Virus record (IMG/VR): IMGVR_UViG_3300021425_000191
Location: 1 to 24,196 of that record
Strand: one strand, 5' to 3'
DNA from: a virus
Lineage: Duplodnaviria; Caudoviricetes
DNA: 24,196 bases
Every line of letters begins with the position of its first letter. The first letter of the stretch is position 1. Of this stretch, positions 1-9,766 are shown one piece after another. The notes beneath the pieces are model-generated. The model was not told the DNA's origin. It ran no database searches and saw only the letters and a program-made list of their open reading frames with translations. A program made the position numbers and the translations under genes.

Positions 1-342
1 GCAGATGGCGCTTCAGGTTCTGTTGAATACGCAACATTAGGTAAGTCATTCGCTTTACAAAAAGTTACAGTAGACAAAGAGTGTTGGGTTAGAGTATATT
101 CTGACACAGCAGCAAGAACAGCAGATGCAGGTAGAAGCCAAGGAACAGACCCTTCAGATGGTTCTGGTGTTATTGCAGAATTTATTGCAACAGCTTCAGG
201 CACAACAACATTTAAAATAACCCCATCAATTATGGGTTGGTTAGATAATTCAGAAACTGAAGTTCCAGTAGCAATTCAAAATAATTCAGGAAGTGCAGGT
301 ACAGTTACAGTCACTATCGACGCATTAAAATTAGAGAGCTAA
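1..342 (+). CDS. 3' end of a phage virion/tail-fibre-type protein (5' truncated; not in ORF track)
   Basis: Frame 1 is open from base 1 to TAA at 340-342: ADGASGSVEYATLGKSFALQKVTVDKECWVRVYSDTAARTADAGRSQGTDPSDGSGVIAEFI...TVTVTIDALKLES*. The KSxALxK...WVxxY.D.A.R.AD..R....DP..GSGVIAE pattern resembles a C-terminal domain I recall from marine myovirus fibre proteins. It ends 4 nt before the next ATG. Confidence 0.75.
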   Translation, partial: ADGASGSVEYATLGKSFALQKVTVDKECWVRVYSDTAARTADAGRSQGTDPSDGSGVIAEFIATASGTTTFKITPSIMGWLDNSETEVPVAIQNNSGSAGTVTVTIDALKLES

Positions 343-346
343 TTAA

Positions 347-2596
347 ATGTCTAAACGCATTCACAATTTAATCCTACAACCAGGAACAGATGAAGCTTCA
401 TTCTTAGCTAATGAAGCAGCTGGTATGGAAGTTCATTGTAACTTTGATATGTGGGATGGTATTATTGCCATGAAACTCACAGATGAAGAATGCGCTCAAT
501 TACTTGAAAGCGATAAAGTAATTGAATGTGGCCCAGAAAGAGATGTTGTAGATTTAGTATCATATCCAACATCCACACCAAGATACGAAAGTAATACAGT
601 ATCATATAGAACAAGATATATTCCAAGCAGCGGTAATGGCGCTGACCATACTGGCTTAAATATGTTTTTTACAAGTGAATTTGACCCGGCTGATGGCACA
701 CAACCTTTTGGCTTTTTTCAGGGTTCTGAATATCAATTTGATGACACAGTTAAAAGTAATTTTTTAGGAGAATATGTAGATATTGTTGCTATTGAAGCAG
801 GTAGCCCGGCTTCAGGTAATGCTGGTCACGAAGACCATGTAGATTTTGAAGAATGGGATTCTACTGATTCTAAATTTATTCCTATGGATTGGAGCGAAAC
901 TTCTGGTTCGATGACTTCAGCTCGTAATAATCAAGTTACGAATAATAATACTAATTGGTTTAGTTCTCATGCAATTGGAGTATTAAGCGCAGCAGGTGGT
1001 AAACATTGTGGTTGGGGTAAAAAATCTACATTAAGAGTTATGTATCTTAGTGATGGTGTTACTACTGCTTATTATACAGCATTGCAATGGCATAATAGTA
1101 AACCTGTAAATCCAGCAACTGGCGTTCGTAATGCAACAGTTGTAACTGGAGCATGGGGATATTCTGGAGTTGAACACGAAAAATTCTATCCAATGGATAG
1201 CATCAATCAAATTGTAGCTTATGACGAAGATGGTAATTCAACAACAATAAATCGTGGTGATGTTCAAGCAGCAACTTGGAATATCACAATGACAGCTTCA
1301 GGTGCAAGCGCATACGAAGTTACTGGTGAAGATAGAGTTTACGAAGGAATATCTGCAAACTCTGCTATTAATAATAGAGGAATTGTATGTAATCCAGGAG
1401 ATACTGTGATTATTGACAACCAAGCTTCTGGTGGACATCCATTGTATGTCAGAACTACTGGAGGTAGTAATGTTCCAGGAGTAAGTGGTCAAGGAACAAG
1501 TACAGTCACATTTACAATGCCAGACGCTACAACTAATTATGATTATGTTTGTGATTTCCATCCAGCTATGACTGGTAATATTTCGTGTATAAAAGACACA
1601 AGCTCTTGGCAAGGAGATTATAGAGCATTTGTAGATAACTTAATTATTCCAAGAGTTATTGAAGACCCTGCAGATAGTACTGATAAATGGATGATTTCTG
1701 TTCCTGACCAAACAAGATATTCTGCATTTGATACAGTTATGTCTCAATTTAATAACTATAATGGAATTTATCATTTTAAAAGTGCAGGTAATAACGCGCA
1801 CGTTGCTGTAAATCCAGATGACTCACGATGGAATAATACAATAAGAGTTGACAGCGGTGCTACTTACGTAACAAATACTTTAGATGGTGATGGCCGAAAT
1901 CAATTTACTAGTTCAACACAAGGCTCACAATCAAGCTATTATATTTTAAGGTCAGAAATTGACGGTGGAGACAATCAGTTTACAATTGCTGCGTGTCAAC
2001 AAGACGACGTTAATAGATTAATGGACGATTACAGTAGTAGAGGTCCTATGATTGATTTTGCATCTTATGGTGCATATACATGGACAAGCTATCCAACATC
2101 TACATATAGTGATGGAAAGTGGGGTTATTTTAGTGGTACAAGTTGTGCAGCACCAGTTGCAGCAGGTTGTGCGACTGTATTTTTAGATTGGTATTTTGTA
2201 CAACGCGGAGTTTATCCAAGCATTGCAGAATTAAAAGCATTAATGATAAAATCAGCAAAAGAAAATTTAATTGGTGAAGAAGGTGAAGGAATTAATTTTT
2301 CTAATGTAGCAGGAAGTAAACAAACTCCTCTAGCAGTTTATCCTCCTACTAATATAGCATCATCTAAATTATATTCATCAAGTAATATTAATCGTATTTC
2401 TGATAATGATTATCAAAATGGTGGAGCTGATTTAACAGAATTATATGGAACACCACCTTTAAGAGTACATATTCCATGGGGAGTACGTATGGGAACAGGT
2501 AAATATATCGCAGGTGGTAGTCCACAAACAACATTTAAACGAAGACCGACTTCAGGTAGAGCGTGGCCGAGACAAAAAGTTTCTTTCACATCTTGA
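347..2596 (+). CDS. Subtilisin-like (S8) serine peptidase with inserted cupredoxin-like domain
   Basis: Nucleophile motif FSGTSCAAPVAAG (S599), oxyanion motif SAGNN (N482), His motif SSHAIGVLSAAGG (H208), acid-position motif VDIVAIEAG (E150), and SSRGPMIDFASYG. The N-terminus is I9-propeptide-like (KLTDEECAQLLESDKV). An internal insert carries GHPLY...YVCDFHPAM. Confidence 0.85.
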   Translation: MSKRIHNLILQPGTDEASFLANEAAGMEVHCNFDMWDGIIAMKLTDEECAQLLESDKVIECGPERDVVDLVSYPTSTPRYESNTVSYRTRYIPSSGNGADHTGLNMFFTSEFDPADGTQPFGFFQGSEYQFDDTVKSNFLGEYVDIVAIEAGSPASGNAGHEDHVDFEEWDSTDSKFIPMDWSETSGSMTSARNNQVTNNNTNWFSSHAIGVLSAAGGKHCGWGKKSTLRVMYLSDGVTTAYYTALQWHNSKPVNPATGVRNATVVTGAWGYSGVEHEKFYPMDSINQIVAYDEDGNSTTINRGDVQAATWNITMTASGASAYEVTGEDRVYEGISANSAINNRGIVCNPGDTVIIDNQASGGHPLYVRTTGGSNVPGVSGQGTSTVTFTMPDATTNYDYVCDFHPAMTGNISCIKDTSSWQGDYRAFVDNLIIPRVIEDPADSTDKWMISVPDQTRYSAFDTVMSQFNNYNGIYHFKSAGNNAHVAVNPDDSRWNNTIRVDSGATYVTNTLDGDGRNQFTSSTQGSQSSYYILRSEIDGGDNQFTIAACQQDDVNRLMDDYSSRGPMIDFASYGAYTWTSYPTSTYSDGKWGYFSGTSCAAPVAAGCATVFLDWYFVQRGVYPSIAELKALMIKSAKENLIGEEGEGINFSNVAGSKQTPLAVYPPTNIASSKLYSSSNINRISDNDYQNGGADLTELYGTPPLRVHIPWGVRMGTGKYIAGGSPQTTFKRRPTSGRAWPRQKVSFTS

Positions 2597-2603
2597 GGCT
2601 GGG

Positions 2604-2611
2604 AATAAATA
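2604..2611 (+). promoter_or_regulatory. T4-type late promoter (AATAAATA)
   Basis: 7/8 match to TATAAATA in the 42-nt intergenic gap, about 28 nt upstream of the gp8 ATG. Confidence 0.65.
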
Positions 2612-2638
2612 ATAAAAACGGTTAGAGTCTAATTCAAA

Positions 2639-4294
2639 ATGGCAGAAATATTAAGCAATAGTTTTAAAACAGATGTAACAAGGTTATTTATTGATGACCT
2701 TGCTAATAACGATTACTATGTTTTCGTTTCTGGTATTGACACATTTTCACCCGAAGATGCTCAAACTTCCAAAGTTGGATTTTTAGAACGAACGCTTTTT
2801 GGTAAAAAAATACTTCAAAGTGATATTCATTTTATGGTTAAATACTATCCTTGGCAGGTTGGTCAAGTATATGTTGAATATGATGATGCAGTTGATTTAA
2901 CAGACCAAAGATTCTATGCAGTTGTAGGTCCAAACGATAATGATACTGGTGATTATCGAGTATTTAAATGTTTAAATAATAATAATGGCGGAGCTGCTGC
3001 TACACCACCTAGTTATGACCCAACGAATACTAGTCAAATTTATCTAACTGCTGATGGATATGTTTGGAAATATATGTATGTTATTTCTTCATTAGAATTT
3101 GATTCTTATAACGCAATTGGTTATGTGCCAATTACACCTACACCATCTCCTAATAACCCATCAGCTAATACTGCAAGCACAATTTCAGATATAGTAGTCG
3201 ATAATCCGCTTGATAATTTTGGATATGATGAATACACTGGTGGATTAATTCAATCACCGTTTCCTTCTGGCGTATTAATCGTAACTCCTTTTTCAGATAA
3301 TTGGAGCCCTGTAACTAATTACTTTACAGGCCAATTCTTATACTCAACTAATCCATCTAATGGAATTTCTAGATTATTCCAAATTACATATTATTCTTTT
3401 AATCAGGCCACAGGTAATGCAGAAATTAGAGTTGGCGCAGAATTACTAACTGGAGTAGCTACACCTGATTTATCTGGTGTACAAAGTAATGCTAATTTTA
3501 AAATTATTCCAAGATTAAATATTAAAGGTGACGGTACTGGAGCCGTAGCAATACCAAATATAGTAAATAATAGAATAACAACAATTACAGTTTTAGACGA
3601 AGGAAGCGGATATACGAATGCAGTTGCAGAAATTGTAGACCCAGGTGCTAATTCATTTTTACCAGAAGATGAAACAACAACAGATGTTCGTGCATTAATA
3701 CGACCTCGTTTATCTCCACCTGGCGGTCATGGATTTAATTTAATTGATGAATTAAGATGTAAGCATTTCAGTTTTTATGGATATATTACAGCAGAAGATA
3801 ATACACAAATTGGTGATGTAAATACGTATGGTGGAGTTGGTATCGTACGTGCACCTGAATTTGACACAGGGTTTACAGCTAATGTATTCGATAATAGAAT
3901 TGCAATAGTAACGGACGACTATAATAAAGTATCTGCAAATAGTACAATTATTCAAGTAGACAGTAATAATGATACAGTATTTAGTGCTAAGGTGCATGAA
4001 GTTGACACATCAGCAAATACAGTTTACATTGCTGAATATTTAGGACCTTATCCAAATAATGCTAATACAGGTCAATTACATACAAATAATACAAACGATG
4101 TCCCATTAGATTTAAACTTACCATTTAGAAACGAATCTGGCCAGACAATCAATATAAATAGTCCGGTAGCCTCAAATGTTACACTATCAGATTATATGCA
4201 GAAAACTGGTGAAGTTTACTTTATGGAGAACTTCTTCCCACTTGCTAGAACAGACCTATCTCGTGAGGAATTTAAGTTTGTACTGGAATTTTAA
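2639..4294 (+). CDS. gp8: Baseplate wedge subunit, T4 gp8-like
   Basis: Typical gp8 motifs W..G.VY..YDD, FYAV, YRVFKCLNNN and DGYVWKYMY, then SPPGGHG and the C-terminal GEVYFMEN..PLAR.....EEFKFVLEF characteristic of marine T4-like gp8. Confidence 0.88.
   Translation: MAEILSNSFKTDVTRLFIDDLANNDYYVFVSGIDTFSPEDAQTSKVGFLERTLFGKKILQSDIHFMVKYYPWQVGQVYVEYDDAVDLTDQRFYAVVGPNDNDTGDYRVFKCLNNNNGGAAATPPSYDPTNTSQIYLTADGYVWKYMYVISSLEFDSYNAIGYVPITPTPSPNNPSANTASTISDIVVDNPLDNFGYDEYTGGLIQSPFPSGVLIVTPFSDNWSPVTNYFTGQFLYSTNPSNGISRLFQITYYSFNQATGNAEIRVGAELLTGVATPDLSGVQSNANFKIIPRLNIKGDGTGAVAIPNIVNNRITTITVLDEGSGYTNAVAEIVDPGANSFLPEDETTTDVRALIRPRLSPPGGHGFNLIDELRCKHFSFYGYITAEDNTQIGDVNTYGGVGIVRAPEFDTGFTANVFDNRIAIVTDDYNKVSANSTIIQVDSNNDTVFSAKVHEVDTSANTVYIAEYLGPYPNNANTGQLHTNNTNDVPLDLNLPFRNESGQTININSPVASNVTLSDYMQKTGEVYFMENFFPLARTDLSREEFKFVLEF
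4153..4160 (+). promoter_or_regulatory. Candidate intragenic T4 late promoter (TATAAATA)
   Basis: Perfect T4 late consensus inside the 3' part of gp8, about 150 nt upstream of the 4308 ATG. It could occur by chance in AT-rich DNA. Confidence 0.4.
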
Positions 4295-4307
4295 GGAAAT
4301 AATATAA

Positions 4308-7300
4308 ATGCCTATTAACACAAATCTCAATCAATCGCCATATTTTGACGATTACGACCAAGATAAACAATTCAATCGCGTCTTGTTCAAGCCGGGATTT
4401 GCGGTTCAAGCTCGTGAGTTAACACAACTGCAAAGTATTCTGCAAAACCAAGTTGAACAGTTTGGTGATAATATCTATAAAGAAGGTAGTATCGTAAAAG
4501 GATGTACCTTTAATAATATTGATGATTTGCGTTATGTTAAATTAGTAGATACCGCAGAATTTGACCCGCTTGAATATGTAAGTGGTCCTTCAACTGAAGT
4601 AGTTGGTAGTGAAGAAATTGAGATTGATAAAGTCTATATTATAACTGGTGCTGTTTCTGGAATTCAAGCTCAGATTCTTAAAGCTCGTAAAGGTTCAAAC
4701 GCGTCTCAGCAAAACCCACAAACTACATTTTGGATTAAGTACTTAAATACTACAGAAGTTTTAAATACTAATTACACACAGTTTGAAGCAGGTGAATCTT
4801 TCTCTATTGATTTATACAAATATAAGCGTGGAACTACATCTCCTAGTGGAAGTAACCCAACACCACAAACCATACCAGTTAATGTAACATTCTCAACTGC
4901 TAGTGATAGAGTAGGTAAAGCATTTGGTATTCAAATGTCACCTGGTGTTATTTTCCAAAAAGGTCATTTTATATTTGCTAACGAACAAACATTAATTGTA
5001 GAAAACTATTCTGATGTTCCTTCAGATAAAAATGTAGGATTTGAAACAACAGAACAAACAATTAGTGCATTACAAGACGACTCATTATTTGATAACGCGT
5101 TTGGTTCTAAAAACGAAAATGCACCTGGTGCTGACAGATTAAAACTAACACCAAATTTAGTTGTTAAGACTCCTGCTGAAGCTGGTGCAGATGCTGATTT
5201 CTTTACAATTATTCGTTATCAAAATGGTAGCGCAGTTGGATTAAGAGATGTTTCTCAATATAATATCCTCGGTGAAGAAATGGCTCGAAGAACATACGAA
5301 GAGTCAGGTAACTATGTATTAGAAAGTTTCCCAGTTTCAAGCGATGACAGAATACCAGCTGGTTCAGCAAATACTGAAGTAACTGCGTTATTAGGTCAAG
5401 GCGTTGCTTATGTTAAAGGTTTCCGAGTAGAGAACTCAGGCGAACGTTCATTTACAATTGACCAAATTCAAAGTACAGAAACAGTTAATAACCAAAGTAT
5501 TGGTATTGAATATGGACATTATGTAGATGTTACAGGATTCAGCGGCAGACTTGATATTGACCACACTCCAGTTACTTTACAAGACAATACTAATAGTACT
5601 ATAGGAACAGCTATTGCAGTCAATTTAACGCCAACAAGACTTTATCTTTCTAATATTGCATTAAGTGGACCAATTACTAACTTAGATAGAGTATCTGATG
5701 GTAACGGTTATGTTGAAGTTGGTAATAAATTAAAAGAAGTATCTAAGAAGCCATTAATATTTGATAGCGGTTTAAGTAGTGTATTTGAATTAACAGACAC
5801 ACTTATTCCAGTTCGACAAAGAGTCGCTGCTACTCACTCAAGTGGTGCTATTACTTTAACTGCAAATCCTGGTGAAGATTTTGATTGTCAACAAGACGAC
5901 ATTCTAGTTATTGCTGATAATGGTGTTCAATGGCCAGTTACTGGATTAACAAAATCATTAAATAATTCTCAAATGGATTTCAACATCGACTCTGGTGCAA
6001 ATACTAATGTATTTGTTTACCATAACAGAAGATTAGTTGGTACAGGTTCTACCGGAATAGATTCATATAACAAAGTTATTCGCGAGCCATGGGTTAAAGT
6101 TCTTTATTCAGGTAATGCGCAAGCTTCAGATACACAATATAATTTAGGTTTCCCAGATGTATTTGAAATTAAAGAAATTAAGGATAGCACTGGTGCAGAC
6201 TTTACAAGTAGTTTCAGATTAGTACGAAATCAAAAAGACCAATATTATGATTTATCATATATTGAATATATCGCAGGACGACCTAAGCCAGCTGATGGTG
6301 ATGTCTTAGTTAACATTAAGTGTTTTGAGCTCTCATCGTCCACTGGTGAATACTTCTTCTCAATTAATAGTTATCCGAATACACTTGATAGAAATGACAT
6401 ACCGGTTCATGTGAGTGACACAGGGGTACAATATAACCTTAGGGAGTGTATTGACTTCAGACCTCATTGTGATATAGAATCCGGTGTAAGTTATTCAGCC
6501 ACAGAATCTAGTGCAAACGCAGGAAGTGCTACACAAGATGTTGGTGTTACTCAACCAACATTCTCAACTTATGGTGCGCCATTAATTCCAGCAATAAATG
6601 AAAGTGCTACAACAGATATTGAGCATTATTTAGCTCGTGTTGATGCTATTGTTGCAGATTCTTATGGTGAATTCTCATTAATAAAAGGTAAGGAAAATGC
6701 AAGACCAGTTCCACCTCAAATCGAAAACGATAAACTTGTAATTGCAAGTATTAGTGTTCCAGGTTTCCCTGCACTTTCTGCTAAAGATGCAGACACACAA
6801 CGTAAAAAAGAATATGCTGTAAAGATTAGACCAACTGGTGTTAAAGCATACAGAATGAAAGATATGCACAATCTTGAGAAAAAGATTGATAACATGGCAT
6901 ACTATATTTCATTAAATCAATTAGAATCTGATACACAAAACTTAACAATACTTGATGAGAATGGATTAAACAGATTTAAAAATGGATTTGTTGTAGAACC
7001 ATTTAATAATTTATCTCTTGCTAATATTAACTCACCAGAGTTCAGGTCAGCAGTTCCTTTTAATCAAAAGATTTTAACACCTGCTGTTAAGACATTCCCT
7101 ATTGATTTAAAATATAAATCAAACACAAGTGGTACTATTTTCCCATCAGTTACAAATCCTAAAGTTGCTACATTAACAAGAGATTCAAATGTTGATGTTA
7201 TTACACAACCTTATGCAACAAACTTTAGAAATTGTGTAAGTAACTTCTTTAAATATATTGGTGAAGGTGTTATTTCTCCACCTTATGACGCTTCTTACGA

Positions 7301-9755
7301 TACAACTACAAACCCAGTATCTCTTGAAATAGATCTTACAAGTCATTTTAGAGATTTTGTTGATAATATTCAGCAATTCCTTCCAATGACTGATACGCGC
7401 AGAACTGCAACTATGGGCTTTATGGGGTGGGGTGCAAGTGAAGAAGACTTAAGAAGAATGGGTGGTTGGGCTTTACGTCGTAATAATAGATTTGTAACTG
7501 ACACAATTACAACGAGTGTAAGTGAAATTACTGTTAACGATTCAGTTATTAACGCGCCTGTTGGTGACTTTGTATCTAACTTCGAATTTGAGCCATTCAT
7601 GGCATCTCGTGATATTAAAATTTATATGAGCGGTTTAAGACCAAACACACCTCATTATTTCTATTTTGACGGTCAAGATGTTAATGCTCATATCATACCA
7701 GGTTCTACAGCGTCATCAGTTGATGGAATTGAAAGACTTGGAGATAAAGGTGTTACATCAGTAAGCACAGATGCAAATGGTAATATTTACGCTGTCTTTA
7801 ATCTTCCAGCTGAAACATTCTATGTTGGAGACCGTGTATTAGAGATTGCAGACGTTGACCAATATTCAAGTATTGATTCTGCATCTACATCTAAAGGATT
7901 TATTACATATCGTGCATATAACTTTAGTGTTGAGAAAAGTGCATTAACAACTTCAACTCGTGCTCCAGATTTTGATGTCAACACAACTACAACGACTCGA
8001 AACGTTATTCGAAGAATTAGAGGTCGTGACCCAATTGCTCAGACATTCTTTATTAAGAAAGGTATGGGCCGCGGTTCAAACTCTGTGTATCTATCAGAGG
8101 TTGATGTATTCTTCAAACGTGTGCCAGATACTACTTTAGGTCAAGCACAAAATGGTATTACTTTACAAGTACGTGAAGTTATTAATGGTTATCCTACAAA
8201 CCAAATCGTACCATTCTCTAAAGCTCGTAAAGAAGCAACTGATTTGACAAGTGCAGCATCTGATGATGCTTCAGTAGCAACAACATTTACATTTGATGCA
8301 CCTATTAGATTAGATGTTGAAAAAGAATATGCTATTGTTTTACAACCTGATGCTTCAGACCCTAACTATTTAGTATTTACATCTAAGGTTGGTGAAACAG
8401 ACTTAACTCCTGGAACAACTCAAGGTACAGCAATCGTACAAGATTGGGGTGATGGCGTTCTCTTTACATCAACAAATAATAGCGCATGGTCATCTTATCA
8501 AGATGAAGATATGAAGTTTACATTAAGACGTGCTAATTTTAGTGCTTCAACAGGTTCTGTTACACTTACAAATAATGATGACGAGTTCTTAACAGTTAAT
8601 AATATTACTGGTGCATTTAATGTCGGTGAGAAAATTTACCAAGAAGATCCAGTATATGTTGCAACTCCACCTTCTAACGCAGTAAATGTTGTACAAAATA
8701 GTGTTGATGTGACATCTGCAGGAGATTTAAATACAATTTATAGTGATGGCGACTTTATTAAAATATCAAATGGTAATGATATTGGTGTGTACAAAATCGA
8801 AAGTGTTAATAGCGCAACTTCATTAACTCTTGCAAGTCCTTGGGGTTTTGCTTCTGTTAATGGTACAGACCATTTACCGGTGACTGTTGGTACTCTATCT
8901 TATTTAGATAAAAGAAATGCAGCAACAATGCATCTTACTGAAAGTTCAGCAACATCAACAAGACCATTCCAAGTGGGTCAAACAGTTAAAGGATTAGATA
9001 GTACTAAGACTGCAAATATTTTTTCTATTGATAACGTTAATATTAGTTATTTCCAACCATTTATTAGTCAAATAAATGATTCTGTTTCTTCTACAACTTT
9101 TGAAGGAACATTTGTATCGCCTGATAACGTTAATATTACTTACGATTTACCTTTATCATTTAACGATAATAACCACTACAATCAAAAAGGTGTTATTCTT
9201 TACAGTAAGTCAAACGACCCAGCTCGTTCAAAATCATTTGATTTAATTGTTAATATGGAAAATAATAGTAATGTAACTTCATCACCGTTTATTGATATTG
9301 AAGTATCTAAACTATTAGCTTATCAATATACACTATCAAATACAGCTGCTGATTCTTCTGCCTTTGTTTCTAAGACTGTTGAATTAGCAAGTGATTTAGA
9401 TGCTGAAGATATAAATGTTATAGTAACAGGGTACAGGCCTACAGGTACTGATATTAAAGTTTACATAAGAGCTCAGAGCCCGTTTGATTCAGCTGGATTT
9501 GAAACTGTACCATGGACTGAATTAGAATTGTTTGAAGGTGTTGGCGTATTCTGTAGTAAAGCTAATATTGGAGATTATAAAGAATTTAGATATAGAATTG
9601 CAGACGCAAATAAAAATGCTGGTGTTTACGAATACACAAGTAGCAATGGAACATTCCAAGAATTTAGAAGATTTGCTATCAAGATTGAATTACTATCATC
9701 TAATATTCATAATGCACCTACACTTATGGATTATAGAGCGATCGCCTTGACTTAG
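4308..9755 (+). CDS. Large virion structural protein, VrlC-like / DUF4815 family
   Basis: N-terminus NLNQSPYFDDY...VLFKPGFAVQARELTQLQSILQNQVEQFG, plus NAPGADRLK, MARRTYEESGNY, NRFKNGFVVEPF, DPIAQTFF and QDEDMKFTL, and C-terminus FAIKIEL...P.LMDYRAIALT. It directly follows gp8, as in marine T4-like phages. AAGGA RBS upstream. Confidence 0.85.
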   Translation: MPINTNLNQSPYFDDYDQDKQFNRVLFKPGFAVQARELTQLQSILQNQVEQFGDNIYKEGSIVKGCTFNNIDDLRYVKLVDTAEFDPLEYVSGPSTEVVGSEEIEIDKVYIITGAVSGIQAQILKARKGSNASQQNPQTTFWIKYLNTTEVLNTNYTQFEAGESFSIDLYKYKRGTTSPSGSNPTPQTIPVNVTFSTASDRVGKAFGIQMSPGVIFQKGHFIFANEQTLIVENYSDVPSDKNVGFETTEQTISALQDDSLFDNAFGSKNENAPGADRLKLTPNLVVKTPAEAGADADFFTIIRYQNGSAVGLRDVSQYNILGEEMARRTYEESGNYVLESFPVSSDDRIPAGSANTEVTALLGQGVAYVKGFRVENSGERSFTIDQIQSTETVNNQSIGIEYGHYVDVTGFSGRLDIDHTPVTLQDNTNSTIGTAIAVNLTPTRLYLSNIALSGPITNLDRVSDGNGYVEVGNKLKEVSKKPLIFDSGLSSVFELTDTLIPVRQRVAATHSSGAITLTANPGEDFDCQQDDILVIADNGVQWPVTGLTKSLNNSQMDFNIDSGANTNVFVYHNRRLVGTGSTGIDSYNKVIREPWVKVLYSGNAQASDTQYNLGFPDVFEIKEIKDSTGADFTSSFRLVRNQKDQYYDLSYIEYIAGRPKPADGDVLVNIKCFELSSSTGEYFFSINSYPNTLDRNDIPVHVSDTGVQYNLRECIDFRPHCDIESGVSYSATESSANAGSATQDVGVTQPTFSTYGAPLIPAINESATTDIEHYLARVDAIVADSYGEFSLIKGKENARPVPPQIENDKLVIASISVPGFPALSAKDADTQRKKEYAVKIRPTGVKAYRMKDMHNLEKKIDNMAYYISLNQLESDTQNLTILDENGLNRFKNGFVVEPFNNLSLANINSPEFRSAVPFNQKILTPAVKTFPIDLKYKSNTSGTIFPSVTNPKVATLTRDSNVDVITQPYATNFRNCVSNFFKYIGEGVISPPYDASYDTTTNPVSLEIDLTSHFRDFVDNIQQFLPMTDTRRTATMGFMGWGASEEDLRRMGGWALRRNNRFVTDTITTSVSEITVNDSVINAPVGDFVSNFEFEPFMASRDIKIYMSGLRPNTPHYFYFDGQDVNAHIIPGSTASSVDGIERLGDKGVTSVSTDANGNIYAVFNLPAETFYVGDRVLEIADVDQYSSIDSASTSKGFITYRAYNFSVEKSALTTSTRAPDFDVNTTTTTRNVIRRIRGRDPIAQTFFIKKGMGRGSNSVYLSEVDVFFKRVPDTTLGQAQNGITLQVREVINGYPTNQIVPFSKARKEATDLTSAASDDASVATTFTFDAPIRLDVEKEYAIVLQPDASDPNYLVFTSKVGETDLTPGTTQGTAIVQDWGDGVLFTSTNNSAWSSYQDEDMKFTLRRANFSASTGSVTLTNNDDEFLTVNNITGAFNVGEKIYQEDPVYVATPPSNAVNVVQNSVDVTSAGDLNTIYSDGDFIKISNGNDIGVYKIESVNSATSLTLASPWGFASVNGTDHLPVTVGTLSYLDKRNAATMHLTESSATSTRPFQVGQTVKGLDSTKTANIFSIDNVNISYFQPFISQINDSVSSTTFEGTFVSPDNVNITYDLPLSFNDNNHYNQKGVILYSKSNDPARSKSFDLIVNMENNSNVTSSPFIDIEVSKLLAYQYTLSNTAADSSAFVSKTVELASDLDAEDINVIVTGYRPTGTDIKVYIRAQSPFDSAGFETVPWTELELFEGVGVFCSKANIGDYKEFRYRIADANKNAGVYEYTSSNGTFQEFRRFAIKIELLSSNIHNAPTLMDYRAIALT

Positions 9756-9766
9756 GAATTAATGAT

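Noticed and set aside
4303-4310. TATAAATG near-match to the late promoter
   Set aside because: It overlaps the start codon and lies downstream of the RBS, so it cannot drive a leadered transcript of this gene.
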